This document shows positions 28,895 through 39,218 of a stretch of DNA of 64,000 bases, piece after piece; positions within the stretch are counted from its first letter, which is position 1; the number at the start of each line of letters is the position of its first letter. The notes under the pieces are model-generated. The model worked only from the letters and a program-made list of their open reading frames with translations, did not search any database and was not told the origin of the DNA. The stretch is taken from contig JAXLVH010000001.1 of NCBI GenBank assembly GCA_046329105.1, positions 513,286-577,285 on the forward strand, written 5' to 3'. Source of the DNA: Flavobacteriales bacterium. Lineage in GTDB: Bacteria; Bacteroidota; Bacteroidia; Flavobacteriales_F; PHOS-HE28. A program made the translations under genes and the position numbers.

Positions 28895-31486
28895 ATGTCT
28901 CCAGTCACGATTTTCCGCATGCGCTCATCCCTACGCTCCAAGCTGGTCCCGTTCCTTCTCCTCCTCTGTTCCGGAGTGTCCGCACAGGAGATCTGCAACA
29001 ACGCCATCGATGATGACAATGACGGCCTGATCGATCTGAACGACACGACGGAATGCGTGTGCGATGGCATTATCGGCGGTGGTGAAGTGGAATCCATCCT
29101 GCCGAACGCTTCGTTCGAGGATTTCGATTGCCAGCCCACCTCCTACAGCCAGTTGGATTGTGCGGATGGATGGGCCCAGGCGACCGGTTCCACCTCCGAC
29201 TATTTCCTGGCGCCCACCTACATGCCAGCTTGGATCGAGCAACCCTTGCCAGGTGGTGGCAATGGTTGCGTGGGCGGTTACTTCTGCCACGATTACATGG
29301 AGTACATCGGCGGCTGCCTGATGCAGCCCATGCTGGCAGGCGAATCGTACAGTCTGAACATGTCGGTGGCCGCTTTCGAGATCGACAATTTCCTGAGCAA
29401 CACCACTTTAATGAACTTGAGTCCGGTGAACGTGACGATCTTCGGGTCCGCCACATGTCCGACCTGGCCTACTCCGGTCCCTCTTTGTCCTGGAACTGAG
29501 CCCGGCTGGTCCGAATTGGGCTATGTGACCTACACACCGAACGAGTCCTGGAGCCAGGTCACGATCACGTTCGTACCCACGTTTGACGTGCAGGCCATCA
29601 TGATCGGTTCGCCTTGCACACTTCCCCCCGACTATCCCAGCGTGTCCGATCAGTGGCTCGCCTACTTCATCTTCGACAATCTCACGTTGAACGAAACTTC
29701 GGCCTTTGGCTCCACCATCACGGAGGCCGGTGAATTCTATCTGGACGACCTGGAACTCACCGGGCACCCGGACAGCTTGGCCCAGAGCTACCAGTGGTTC
29801 TACCAGGGCGTTGCCCTGCCCGGCCAAACGGACACCATCCTGGGCGTCTCCATCAACGATCTGGACACCGGATGGTACCAGATGGTGAGTTACTACGACA
29901 CCATTTGCGTGATCAGCGAGATCCACATCGACCCGATCTGTGTACCCGCCGTGATCGGCAACGCGCCGGTGACCAGTTGCGACCCGGTGAACTTCCAACT
30001 TCAAACCTTGTCGGATCTCTCCCAAGTGATAGGTGTCAATTGGGACTTCGGCGACGGATCCTCGGACACCACGAGCGCCCCGAGTCATCAGTACACCGAA
30101 CCGGGAACCTATGACGTGACCTTGTCCCTCCTGTCGGAGGATTTTTGTCCAACGGACACTACCTATACCGCGCTCATCACCATCTACGAGGTGCCCGAAC
30201 CCACCTTCACGGCCGATCCGCTGGAAGGTTGCATCGGCATGACGGTGAACTTCACCAACACCACCGGAACGCTCACGGGCAACTGCGCGTGGAGCTTCGG
30301 TGATGGCGGTTCGGCCAACATCTGCGATCCTTCGCACACCTATAACCAGGCCGACACCTTCAGCGTGCAGTTGACCGTTACGAGTCCACAGGGCTGCACG
30401 AACGATACCACGATCACCGAAATGATCATCGTTTACGCCGAGCCTCAGGTCAGCTTCACCAGTGATACCATCGCCGGCTGCACCCCGTTGACCATCCAGT
30501 TCACGAACACCACTCCGGCCAACCAGGTGGGCAGCGTGCTCTGGGACCTGGGCAACGGCACCACAACGACCACCGACAACCCTTCCGGGCTATACACCGA
30601 TCCTGGTACGTATTCCGTGAGTTTGGAAGTGACCCATCCACAGGGTTGCTCGGCCGAGGTGACCGTACAGCACATGATCACCGCTTATGGTCACCCGGTG
30701 GTCACCTTCACCAACCAGCCGGACAGCGGCTGCTACCCGCTCGAGGTGCAGTTCGCCAACACCACGGATGCGGCGTTCACCAATACCTGCGCATGGAACT
30801 TCGGTGATGGTGGCACTTCCGACCAATGCACGACCGCTCATACCTACACGGCACCCGGGGTGTACACCGTCTCACTCGAGGTGATCTCGCCCCAGAACTG
30901 CGACGGCGATACCACCTATGCGGACCTGATCACGGTCTTCGATCATCCGCAGGCCGACTTCTACTTCGGTCCGCAGCCCACGGACATCTTCAACACCTAC
31001 ATCACCTTCATCGACTCCAGCAGTGTGGACGCCCTGCAGTGGAACTGGAGTTTTGGCGAGAACGGCGCGCTGGGCTCCAGCACCCAGGAACATCCCGCGT
31101 TGCACTTCCCGGATATCCGTGGACTCTACCCGGTACAACTGGTGGTGACCAACGTGCATACCTGCACGGACACGATGTTGCGCTTCGTGGAGATCGAGGG
31201 TTATTACGCCGTGTACGCACCCAACGCATTCACCCCGGACGGCGACGGCGTGAACGACACATGGCGGCCGCTGGTGCGGGATCAGGAGGACGCTTATTAC
31301 CACGTTACCGTTTACGATCGCTGGGGCCATGAGGTATGGGCCACCAATGATCCCGCACAAGGGTGGGATGGAAAGGCGAACGGCGGATCGATCGTGACCG
31401 GCGTGTACAGCTGGAAGCTGAAGACGCGGGATGTGGTCGGGAATTTCGATCATGAGTACCTCGGGCATGTGAGTCTGCTGAAGTGA
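28895..31486 (+). CDS. T9SS type-B cargo protein, paralogue 1: unrecognised Cys/Asp-rich N-terminal module, several PKD domains and a CHU_C C-terminal domain
   Basis: Signal MRSSLRSKLVPFLLLLCSGVSAQ. N-terminal module NAIDDDNDGLIDLNDTTECVCDG...SILPNASFED...DCADGW. Repeated PKD units (...FGDGG..D.C...HTY...G.Y.V.L.V...). C-terminus YYAVYAPNAFTPDGDGVNDTWRP...VYSWKLKTRD... matches TIGR04131. Confidence 0.75.
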   Translation: MSPVTIFRMRSSLRSKLVPFLLLLCSGVSAQEICNNAIDDDNDGLIDLNDTTECVCDGIIGGGEVESILPNASFEDFDCQPTSYSQLDCADGWAQATGSTSDYFLAPTYMPAWIEQPLPGGGNGCVGGYFCHDYMEYIGGCLMQPMLAGESYSLNMSVAAFEIDNFLSNTTLMNLSPVNVTIFGSATCPTWPTPVPLCPGTEPGWSELGYVTYTPNESWSQVTITFVPTFDVQAIMIGSPCTLPPDYPSVSDQWLAYFIFDNLTLNETSAFGSTITEAGEFYLDDLELTGHPDSLAQSYQWFYQGVALPGQTDTILGVSINDLDTGWYQMVSYYDTICVISEIHIDPICVPAVIGNAPVTSCDPVNFQLQTLSDLSQVIGVNWDFGDGSSDTTSAPSHQYTEPGTYDVTLSLLSEDFCPTDTTYTALITIYEVPEPTFTADPLEGCIGMTVNFTNTTGTLTGNCAWSFGDGGSANICDPSHTYNQADTFSVQLTVTSPQGCTNDTTITEMIIVYAEPQVSFTSDTIAGCTPLTIQFTNTTPANQVGSVLWDLGNGTTTTTDNPSGLYTDPGTYSVSLEVTHPQGCSAEVTVQHMITAYGHPVVTFTNQPDSGCYPLEVQFANTTDAAFTNTCAWNFGDGGTSDQCTTAHTYTAPGVYTVSLEVISPQNCDGDTTYADLITVFDHPQADFYFGPQPTDIFNTYITFIDSSSVDALQWNWSFGENGALGSSTQEHPALHFPDIRGLYPVQLVVTNVHTCTDTMLRFVEIEGYYAVYAPNAFTPDGDGVNDTWRPLVRDQEDAYYHVTVYDRWGHEVWATNDPAQGWDGKANGGSIVTGVYSWKLKTRDVVGNFDHEYLGHVSLLK

Positions 31487-31505
31487 CCGCGAAAACCGTT
31501 GGCAG

Positions 31506-34055
31506 ATGAAGCGTGCATTCTGGTCCGTCGTACTCCTGACATTGGCCAACGTGACCACTGCCCAAGAGGTGTGCATCAACGGCATCGATGACGATAATGA
31601 TGGTCTGATCGACCTGAACGACACCACGGACTGCGTATGCACCGGGGTGATCGGCGGCGGCGGCGGTATCGAGTCCATCATTCCGAATCCTTCGTTCGAG
31701 GACCACACCTGCTGCCCGAGTTCGTGGAGCCAGTTGTATTGTGCGGACACCTGGCAGCAGGCCACCAACGCTACCTCCGACTTCTTCCACGAGTGCGGCT
31801 ATGTGCCCATCATCACACCGCTCCCCATTCCTGACGGTCAAGGCGTATGCGCGGAATTGTTCACCTTCGGTTGGCTCGAATACCTCGGCGCGAACCTGCT
31901 GACGCCCATGGTCGCCGGCGAGGAATACACCTTGAGCATGATGGTAGCCGCAGTGGCGACCGACGGGGTGCTCAGTCAGAGCGTACCCATCTTCTTCGGC
32001 CCGGTGGACGTGACCATTTTCGGCTACAGTTCAACCGCCACGTTCCCGGTGAACACCACCGAATGCCCGGAGGCCTTCGGCTGGGTGGAACTAGGGCATG
32101 TCACCTACGATCCCGTGAACGCGTGGACGAACATCTCGATCACGTTCACCCCGACCACGGACATCGACGCCATCATGATCGGGCCACCCTGCAACCTGCC
32201 AGCTGACTATGCGGACCAAGGGTCATACATGCCCTATTTCTTCTTCGATGACCTGGTGCTGAACGAGAGCAGCCTGTTCTCCTCCCTCTACATCGAAGGA
32301 GAACTCTGCGCGAACAACCTGATGATCATCGGCGAATCGGACAGCCTGGCCACCTCTTACCAGTGGTACCACGAGGGCATCGCGATCGTAGGCCAGACCG
32401 ACACCACACTGGATGTGAGCGGGCTGGGCCTGGATACGGGCGTGTACCAATTCATGACTGCCGTGGGCGATACCGCCTGCGCCGTGTCGAGCATCCAAGT
32501 GGTCTATCCCCCACCCGCTTTTCCGCAGATGCAAGCGCAACCCCTCCAAGGATGCGTGCCGCTTGAAGTGTCCTTCAACGATGTTACGCTGGGCAACGTG
32601 GCCTCGTGCCAGTGGACCTTCGGCGATGGCAACACCTCCACCGATTGCGACGCGACCCATACATACACCGATGCCGGCACCTATGATGTCTCTCTCTCCG
32701 TGACCCTGGACAATGGCTGCGCTTACGACACCACGTGGATCGACCTGGTGTCGGCCTACGCCGAGTCGTTCGCGTCCTTCTCGGCGGACCCGGTGGAGGG
32801 TTGTGTGGGGATGACCGTCTCATTCACCAACAACAGCGTGAACAATGCGCAATGCACGTGGGACTTCGGCGACCCGCCCGCTTCGGCCCTGTGCGACCCC
32901 GATCACACCTACAACACCGCTGGAATGTACGATGTGCTCCTCACCGTGACCAGCCCCGATGGTTGCGTGGACGACACCCTGATGACCGACCTGATCACCG
33001 TGTTCGACGAACCGGCGGTCTCCTTCACCAGTGACACCATCGCGGGCTGCACGCCGCTCACCATCCAGTTCACCAATACCACACCTCCGGACCAGGTGGG
33101 CAGCGTGCTCTGGGACCTGGGCAACGGCACCACAACGACCACCGACAACCCTTCCGGGCTATACACCGATCCTGGTACGTATTCCGTGAGTTTGGAAGTG
33201 ACCCATCCACAGGGTTGCTCGGCCGAGGTGACCGTACAGGACATGATCACCGCTTATGGTCACCCGGTGGTCACCTTCACCAACCAGCCGGACAGCGGCT
33301 GCTACCCGCTCGAGGTGCAGTTCGCCAACACCACGGATGCGGCGTTCACCAATACCTGCGCATGGAACTTCGGTGATGGTGGCACTTCCGACCAATGCAC
33401 GACCGCTCATACCTACACAGCACCCGGGGCGTATACCGTCTCACTCGAGGTGATCTCGCCCCAGAACTGCGACGGCGATACCACCTATGCGGACCTGATC
33501 ACGGTCTTCGATCATCCGCAGGCCGACTTTTACTTCGGTCCGCAGCCCACGGACATCTTCAACACCTACATCACCTTCATCGACTCCAGCAGTGTGGACG
33601 CCCTGCAGTGGAACTGGAGTTTTGGCGAGAACGGCGCGCTGGGCTCCAGCACCCAGGAACATCCCGCGTTGCACTTCCCGGATATCCGTGGACTCTACCC
33701 GGTACAACTGGTGGTGACCAACGTGCATACCTGCACGGACACGATGTTGCGCTTCGTGGAGATCGAGGGTTATTACGCCGTGTACGCACCCAACGCATTC
33801 ACCCCGGACGGCGACGGCGTGAACGACACATGGCGGCCGCTGGTGCGGGATCAGGAGGACGCTTATTACCACGTTACCGTTTACGATCGCTGGGGCCATG
33901 AGGTATGGGCCACCAATGATCCCGCACAAGGGTGGGATGGAAAGACGAACGGCGGATCGATCGTGACCGGCGTGTACAGCTGGAAGCTGAAGACGCGGGA
34001 TGTGGTCGGGAATTTCGATCATGAGTACCTCGGGCATGTGAGTCTGCTGAAGTGA
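31506..34055 (+). CDS. T9SS type-B cargo protein, paralogue 2, tandem to 28895..31486
   Basis: Signal MKRAFWSVVLLTLANVTTAQ. Same N-terminal module (NGIDDDNDGLIDLNDTTDCVCTG, SIIPNPSFED, YCADTWQQA). The last ~320 aa are nearly identical to paralogue 1. Confidence 0.75.
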   Translation: MKRAFWSVVLLTLANVTTAQEVCINGIDDDNDGLIDLNDTTDCVCTGVIGGGGGIESIIPNPSFEDHTCCPSSWSQLYCADTWQQATNATSDFFHECGYVPIITPLPIPDGQGVCAELFTFGWLEYLGANLLTPMVAGEEYTLSMMVAAVATDGVLSQSVPIFFGPVDVTIFGYSSTATFPVNTTECPEAFGWVELGHVTYDPVNAWTNISITFTPTTDIDAIMIGPPCNLPADYADQGSYMPYFFFDDLVLNESSLFSSLYIEGELCANNLMIIGESDSLATSYQWYHEGIAIVGQTDTTLDVSGLGLDTGVYQFMTAVGDTACAVSSIQVVYPPPAFPQMQAQPLQGCVPLEVSFNDVTLGNVASCQWTFGDGNTSTDCDATHTYTDAGTYDVSLSVTLDNGCAYDTTWIDLVSAYAESFASFSADPVEGCVGMTVSFTNNSVNNAQCTWDFGDPPASALCDPDHTYNTAGMYDVLLTVTSPDGCVDDTLMTDLITVFDEPAVSFTSDTIAGCTPLTIQFTNTTPPDQVGSVLWDLGNGTTTTTDNPSGLYTDPGTYSVSLEVTHPQGCSAEVTVQDMITAYGHPVVTFTNQPDSGCYPLEVQFANTTDAAFTNTCAWNFGDGGTSDQCTTAHTYTAPGAYTVSLEVISPQNCDGDTTYADLITVFDHPQADFYFGPQPTDIFNTYITFIDSSSVDALQWNWSFGENGALGSSTQEHPALHFPDIRGLYPVQLVVTNVHTCTDTMLRFVEIEGYYAVYAPNAFTPDGDGVNDTWRPLVRDQEDAYYHVTVYDRWGHEVWATNDPAQGWDGKTNGGSIVTGVYSWKLKTRDVVGNFDHEYLGHVSLLK

Positions 34056-34183
34056 CATCCATTCATTGAGTCCCCTGACCCTGATGTGCTGAGCACCTGG
34101 TCGGAGCACCCAACACACTGTCCTTCCAATACTTACCTTCGCCGCCCTTTTGCCGCCGCTCGTAGGGCGGTCAAGGATGACCG

Positions 34184-36127
34184 ATGAAGACCAACGTGAC
34201 CCTGCCGGACGGTTCCGTCCGCAGTTTTGAAGGTGCTGTAACGGCCATGGACGTGGCCAAAAGCATCAGTGAGGGCCTGGCCCGCAATGTGCTTTCCGCC
34301 AAGGTGAACGGTGAAGTGCGCGACGCCAACCGCACCCTGCCCGAAACCTGCACCCTGGCCTTGCTCACCTGGAACGACCTCGAGGGAAAAGCCACGATGT
34401 GGCACAGCAGCGCCCACGTGATGGCCGAAGCGGTGGAAGCGCTCTATCCAGGCGCCAAATTCGGTATCGGTCCAGCCATTGAGAACGGATTCTACTACGA
34501 CATCGACTTCGGGGGCCGAAGTGTGGGCGAGCACGACTTCGCCGCTATTGAGGCCAAATTCAAGGAACTCGCCAGCAAGAAAGAGACCTTCACCCGCCGT
34601 GAGGTAGGCAAGACCGACGCCATCAAGTACTTCACGGAAAAGGGCGACGAATACAAACTGGAACTGATCGAGGGCCTGAACGACGGCGAGATCACGTTTT
34701 ACCAACAAGGCGCCTTCACCGACCTGTGCAGAGGACCGCACATCCCGGACACCTCCTTCATCAAGGCGTTCAAGATCCTGAACGTGGCGGGTGCGTACTG
34801 GCGCGGCGACGAGAAGCGCAAACAACTGACCCGCCTGTACGGCATCACCTTCCCCAAGCAGAAGGAACTGGACGAGTACCTGGTGATGTTGGAGGAGGCC
34901 AAGAAGCGCGACCACCGCAAAGTGGGCAAGGAACTCGACCTGTTCACCTTCAGCGAAAAAGTGGGTGCTGGCCTGCCGCTTTGGTTGCCCAAAGGCGCCG
35001 CCCTGCGAGAGCGGCTCATCAGCTTCATGAAGACGGCCCAGGAGAAAGCCGGATACGTGCAGGTGGCCACACCCCATATCGGCGGCAAAGCCTTGTACGA
35101 GACGAGCGGACACTGGGAGAAGTATGGCAAGGACAGCTTCCAGCCGATGAACACCCCCCAGGAGGGCGAGCTGTTCATGCTGAAGCCCATGAACTGCCCG
35201 CACCACTGCGAGATCTTCGCCAGTCGGCCCCGCAGCTATAAGGACCTGCCCCTACGCCTGGCCGAATTCGGCACCGTGTACCGCTACGAACAGAGCGGAG
35301 AACTGCACGGTCTGGCCCGCGTGCGTGGCTTCACACAGGACGATGCCCACCTGTTTTGCCGTCCCGATCAGGTGAAGGAAGAATTTCTTAAAGTTATCGA
35401 CCTTGTGCTGCTGGTTCTCAAGGCCTTGAGCTTTGAAAGTTTCGAAGCTCAGATAAGCCTGCGCGACAAGGTGGACCGCAGCAAATACATCGGCAGTGAA
35501 GAGAACTGGGTGAAGGCTGAGCAGGCCATCATGGATGCCGCGGCCGAGAGTGGATTGAAGACGGTGGTGGAGTACGGCGAGGCGGCCTTCTACGGTCCCA
35601 AGCTCGACTTCATGGTGAAAGACGCCCTGGGCCGACGCTGGCAGCTGGGCACCATCCAAGTGGACTACAACCTGCCCGAGCGCTTTGAACTGGAATACGT
35701 GGGCAGCGACAACGCGCGCCACCGTCCCGTGATGATCCACCGGGCGCCGTTCGGTAGCCTGGAGCGCTTCATCGCTGTGATCATCGAGCATACCGCCGGC
35801 AAGTTCCCCCTCTGGCTCACCCCGGAACAGGCCATCATCCTCCCCATCAGCGACAAGTTCATCGGCAAAGCACAGGAGGTCATGGAGTTGCTGAAATCTC
35901 ACGATATTCGCGCCTCCGTTGACGAGCGCAACGAAAAGATCGGCCGGAAGATCCGCGATGCGGAACTCGACAAGGTCCCGTTCATGCTCATCATCGGGGA
36001 AAAAGAAGCCGAGGCCAATTCCATCAGTGTGCGTGAACAAGCACTAGGCGACATGGGCAGCATGACCCCGCTCCAGTTCAAGGAACTGGTGTCTGAGCGC
36101 ATTGCCAAACAGTTGTCCGGCCTCTGA
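34184..36127 (+). CDS. thrS: threonyl-tRNA synthetase
   Basis: 647 aa. TGS N-terminus ([29 protein letters not shown]), class II aaRS motifs, anticodon-binding C-terminus. Confidence 0.95.
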   Translation: MKTNVTLPDGSVRSFEGAVTAMDVAKSISEGLARNVLSAKVNGEVRDANRTLPETCTLALLTWNDLEGKATMWHSSAHVMAEAVEALYPGAKFGIGPAIENGFYYDIDFGGRSVGEHDFAAIEAKFKELASKKETFTRREVGKTDAIKYFTEKGDEYKLELIEGLNDGEITFYQQGAFTDLCRGPHIPDTSFIKAFKILNVAGAYWRGDEKRKQLTRLYGITFPKQKELDEYLVMLEEAKKRDHRKVGKELDLFTFSEKVGAGLPLWLPKGAALRERLISFMKTAQEKAGYVQVATPHIGGKALYETSGHWEKYGKDSFQPMNTPQEGELFMLKPMNCPHHCEIFASRPRSYKDLPLRLAEFGTVYRYEQSGELHGLARVRGFTQDDAHLFCRPDQVKEEFLKVIDLVLLVLKALSFESFEAQISLRDKVDRSKYIGSEENWVKAEQAIMDAAAESGLKTVVEYGEAAFYGPKLDFMVKDALGRRWQLGTIQVDYNLPERFELEYVGSDNARHRPVMIHRAPFGSLERFIAVIIEHTAGKFPLWLTPEQAIILPISDKFIGKAQEVMELLKSHDIRASVDERNEKIGRKIRDAELDKVPFMLIIGEKEAEANSISVREQALGDMGSMTPLQFKELVSERIAKQLSGL

Positions 36128-36165
36128 TCCCTTTCCTCCACCCGAAAACCTTTCCACCTCCCCGC

Positions 36166-36765
36166 TTGGCCACACGCCCCCCCTTCCGTCCTGGACCTCC
36201 CCGACCGCCACGTCCTTCAGGCCCGCGCCCATTCCGGGGCCGGGTGATCAAGGAGGACCCGCACCGCATCAACAACCGCATCTACGGCGTGCCGGAGGTG
36301 CGTGTGGTCGGCGAGGACATCGAAACGGGTGTGTACCCGTTCGAAGAGGCGCTTCGTATGGCGCAGGACAAGGGATTGGACCTGATCGAGATCAGCGCCA
36401 GCGCAGTGCCCCCGGTGTGCCGCATCGCCGATTACAAGAAGTTCCTTTACGACCTCAAGAAGAAACAGAAGGAGATCAAGGCCAAGCAGACCGTGGCCGA
36501 GGTGAAGGAGATCCGTTTCGGGCCCAACACCGACGAGCACGATGTGAACTTCAAACTCACCCATGCCAAGAAGTTCCTGCAGGAAGGCCACAAGATCAAG
36601 GCCTTCGTGTTCTTCAAGGGCCGTACCATCGTTTTCAAGGAGCGCGGCGAGATCCTCCTGCTGAAGTTCGCACAGGACCTGGAGGAATTCGGTGTGGTGG
36701 AAAGCATGCCCAAACTGGAGGGCAAGCGCATGATCATGTTCATCATACCCAAAAAGAAGAAATGA
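36166..36765 (+). CDS. infC: translation initiation factor IF-3
   Basis: ...[58 protein letters not shown]... is IF-3. The ATG at 36166 gives a Pro-rich extension [26 protein letters not shown], which matches the MA.R..FRP pattern I recall for Bacteroidota IF-3. An alternative non-ATG start near ~36247 would give ~172 aa. Confidence 0.8.
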   Translation: MATRPPFRPGPPRPPRPSGPRPFRGRVIKEDPHRINNRIYGVPEVRVVGEDIETGVYPFEEALRMAQDKGLDLIEISASAVPPVCRIADYKKFLYDLKKKQKEIKAKQTVAEVKEIRFGPNTDEHDVNFKLTHAKKFLQEGHKIKAFVFFKGRTIVFKERGEILLLKFAQDLEEFGVVESMPKLEGKRMIMFIIPKKKK

Positions 36766-36866
36766 TCACAGGGGCGGCATTCAAGTCGCTCCCACATCAA
36801 GAGACAAGGGCGACATGAATGTCGCCGCATCCGAAAAAAAAATCCCCCGATAGATAGCGAGAAGTC

Positions 36867-37058
36867 ATGCCGAAGATGAAAACGAAGTCCGGCGCCAAGA
36901 AGCGGTTCAAGCTGACGGGCACCGGCAAGGTGAAGCGCAAGCACGCCTTCAAGAGCCACATCCTCACCAAAAAGCACAAGAAGCGCAAGCGCAACTTGAC
37001 CAAGATGACCGTGGTGCACCCCACCAACGAGAAGGCCATCCTGGACCTGCTGAAATAA
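36867..37058 (+). CDS. rpmI: 50S ribosomal protein L35
   Basis: [36 protein letters not shown]... Confidence 0.9.
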   Translation: MPKMKTKSGAKKRFKLTGTGKVKRKHAFKSHILTKKHKKRKRNLTKMTVVHPTNEKAILDLLK

Positions 37059-37163
37059 GAGGACCGTTTCCCGCCGGGTACACAGGCGGGGTAACCCAGG
37101 ACGCGCAGCACCAAAGACCTCCGACACGACACGGAAGCGCTCGCGCCCGAAAACAGGACAACA

Positions 37164-37508
37164 ATGCCAAGAAGTAGGAACAAAGTCGCCAGCCGAGCCC
37201 GCCGCAAGAAGGTGCTCAAACTGGCCAAGGGGAATTTCGGCCGCAGGAAGAACGTTTGGACGGTGGCCAAGAACACCGTTGAGAAGGGCCTGCAACACGC
37301 GTACGACGGGCGCCGCTTGAAGAAGCGCGACTTCCGTGCCCTGTGGATCCAGCGGATCAATGCCGCCACCCGGGTCCATGGCCTCAGCTACAGCGTCTTC
37401 ATGAACAAGCTCAAGACCAACAACATCAACCTGGACCGAAAGGCCCTGGCCGAGATCGCGTACAGCGATGCCGAGGCCTTCAAGGCCATCGTCCAGAAGA
37501 TCAAGTAG
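37164..37508 (+). CDS. rplT: 50S ribosomal protein L20
   Basis: [30 protein letters not shown]... Confidence 0.95.
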   Translation: MPRSRNKVASRARRKKVLKLAKGNFGRRKNVWTVAKNTVEKGLQHAYDGRRLKKRDFRALWIQRINAATRVHGLSYSVFMNKLKTNNINLDRKALAEIAYSDAEAFKAIVQKIK

Positions 37509-37536
37509 ACCAACACAACTCGGGGGAGTTCGGCAA

Positions 37537-37570
37537 GGGGATCCGCACGGGTCCCCTTGTTCGTTCGTAA
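37537..37570 (+). terminator. candidate rho-independent terminator after rplT
   Basis: GC stem ggggatcc-gcac-gggtcccc followed by ttgttcgttcg. Confidence 0.45.
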
Positions 37571-37604
37571 CAGCGTACCCCCCTCAGCACCGTACTTTCG
37601 GAAC

Positions 37605-38297
37605 ATGCGATCACCCACCTCCCTCCTGCTCCTTGTCCCTTTCGCGGCAGCCTGCGCCTTCCAGCCCGCCGATGTCCCGGTGTTCGCATCCACTGGACAG
37701 CCTCCTCCCTCCGAACAGCAGCCACCCGTCGAAATCTACCTGTTCCGCGATAGCCTTACCGAGATCCGCTTCCTGGTGAGCACGCACATGCACATGACGC
37801 TGGGCCCGCAATGCCAGGTGGACGGCATCACCCTGACCCGCCTGGGCGAAACTGTGCCGTACCAACGGATCGCCGTGGAAGGCATGCTCTGCCCCTGCCC
37901 CATGCCCGATGGCCAGTTCCCGGCCGTTCAACTCATGGACTTCGATTTCGATGGCCACAAGGACATCCGCGTGATGCGCATGACGGCCAACCTGACCAAC
38001 CCGGACCACAACTACTGGTTGTGGGACCCGGCCGAAAAAACCTACCGGGCTTCGGCCGTGCTGGACAGCATCCAGCAGCCCATGTTCGACCAAGGGCGGA
38101 AAATGGTGAGTTCGCAGTGGTACGATGGTGGGCTGCACCGCGGAGGAAGCACCTTCCGGTATGTGGATGGGCGGCTGACCATGGTGAGCAACATGGAAAA
38201 ATTCAAGGAGGGCGACCACGAGCGCTGGGTGATCTGGGGACTGAAGGACGGTATCTTTCAACCCGTGAACGAGAAGCTGGTACCCTTGCCGGAATGA
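37605..38297 (+). CDS. hypothetical lipoprotein
   Basis: Internal ATG gives MRSPTSLLLLVPFAAACAF, a lipobox. No recognised domain. Its stop overlaps the next start (ATGA). Confidence 0.45.
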   Translation: MRSPTSLLLLVPFAAACAFQPADVPVFASTGQPPPSEQQPPVEIYLFRDSLTEIRFLVSTHMHMTLGPQCQVDGITLTRLGETVPYQRIAVEGMLCPCPMPDGQFPAVQLMDFDFDGHKDIRVMRMTANLTNPDHNYWLWDPAEKTYRASAVLDSIQQPMFDQGRKMVSSQWYDGGLHRGGSTFRYVDGRLTMVSNMEKFKEGDHERWVIWGLKDGIFQPVNEKLVPLPE

Positions 38298-39094
38298 GTG
38301 CGTACGAATCAGCGATCGAAGCGAACCGCGCGCTGTGGAATGCGCGCACCGAGGCGCATTGGAACTCGGCCTTTTACGATGTGGAAGGCTTCCTGCAGGG
38401 CAAGGGCACGTTGAACCGCATTGAACTTGATCTGCTGGGCGATGTGCGTGGCAAGGACGTGCTCCACCTGCAATGCCATTTCGGGCAGGATACCCTCTCG
38501 CTGGCCCGGCTGGGGGCCCGGGTCACCGGCCTTGATCTGTCCGACGGATCCATCGCCAAGGCACAGCAACTGGCCACGCAATGCGGGCTGCCAGCACGAT
38601 TCATCACCGGGAATGTGCTTGAGCGGCAACCCGCGCTGGAGCATGCCTTCGACGTGGTCTTCAGTTCATACGGCACCATCGGCTGGCTGCCCGTGCTGGA
38701 CGGATGGGCCCGCAACATCGCTGCCTACCTGAAACCGGGCGGGCTTTTCGTCTTCGCGGAGTTCCACCCCGCTGTTTGGATGTTCAACAACGACTTCACC
38801 GCTGTGGCGTACTCCTGGTTCAACCGGGAGACGATCGAGGAACTGGAAACCGGGAGCTATGCCGACCGACAGGCATCTGTCAAGCTCCCCTCTTTCTCGT
38901 GGAACCACCCCCTGTCGGACGTGCTCCAGAACCTCCTGGATGCCGGGCTGCGGTTGGAGGTTTTCCGCGAATTCGACCGCTCGCCCTACGACTGCTTCCG
39001 CCACACCGTGCCCACCCCCGATGGCCAGTTCATGATCCGAGGTATGGAGGGGAAGTTGCCGATGGTGTACGCCTTGCGGGCCGTGCGGACCTGA
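38294..39094 (+). CDS. class I SAM-dependent methyltransferase
   Basis: MSAYESAIEANRALWNAR... Rossmann-fold MTase with a DLSDGSIAKAQ region, ~266 aa. ATG inside track ORF 37811..39094. Confidence 0.6.
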   Translation: MSAYESAIEANRALWNARTEAHWNSAFYDVEGFLQGKGTLNRIELDLLGDVRGKDVLHLQCHFGQDTLSLARLGARVTGLDLSDGSIAKAQQLATQCGLPARFITGNVLERQPALEHAFDVVFSSYGTIGWLPVLDGWARNIAAYLKPGGLFVFAEFHPAVWMFNNDFTAVAYSWFNRETIEELETGSYADRQASVKLPSFSWNHPLSDVLQNLLDAGLRLEVFREFDRSPYDCFRHTVPTPDGQFMIRGMEGKLPMVYALRAVRT

Positions 39095-39218
39095 GTGCTC
39101 GTAACCTCCCACTTCGTTATTTCGCCCCCTCGTTCCGGCCGCCCTCTCCTGTCCGGGCAACCTACGGTAGATCGAAATAGCAGTTTGAACTTCAAGGGTC
39201 GGCGTATTCACAGACCGC

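Noticed and set aside
34133-35206. 357-aa minus-strand ORF opposite thrS, and other antisense ORFs opposite kup, dnaN and the T9SS genes
   Set aside because: They are antisense to strongly supported housekeeping genes, with biased composition and no motifs.
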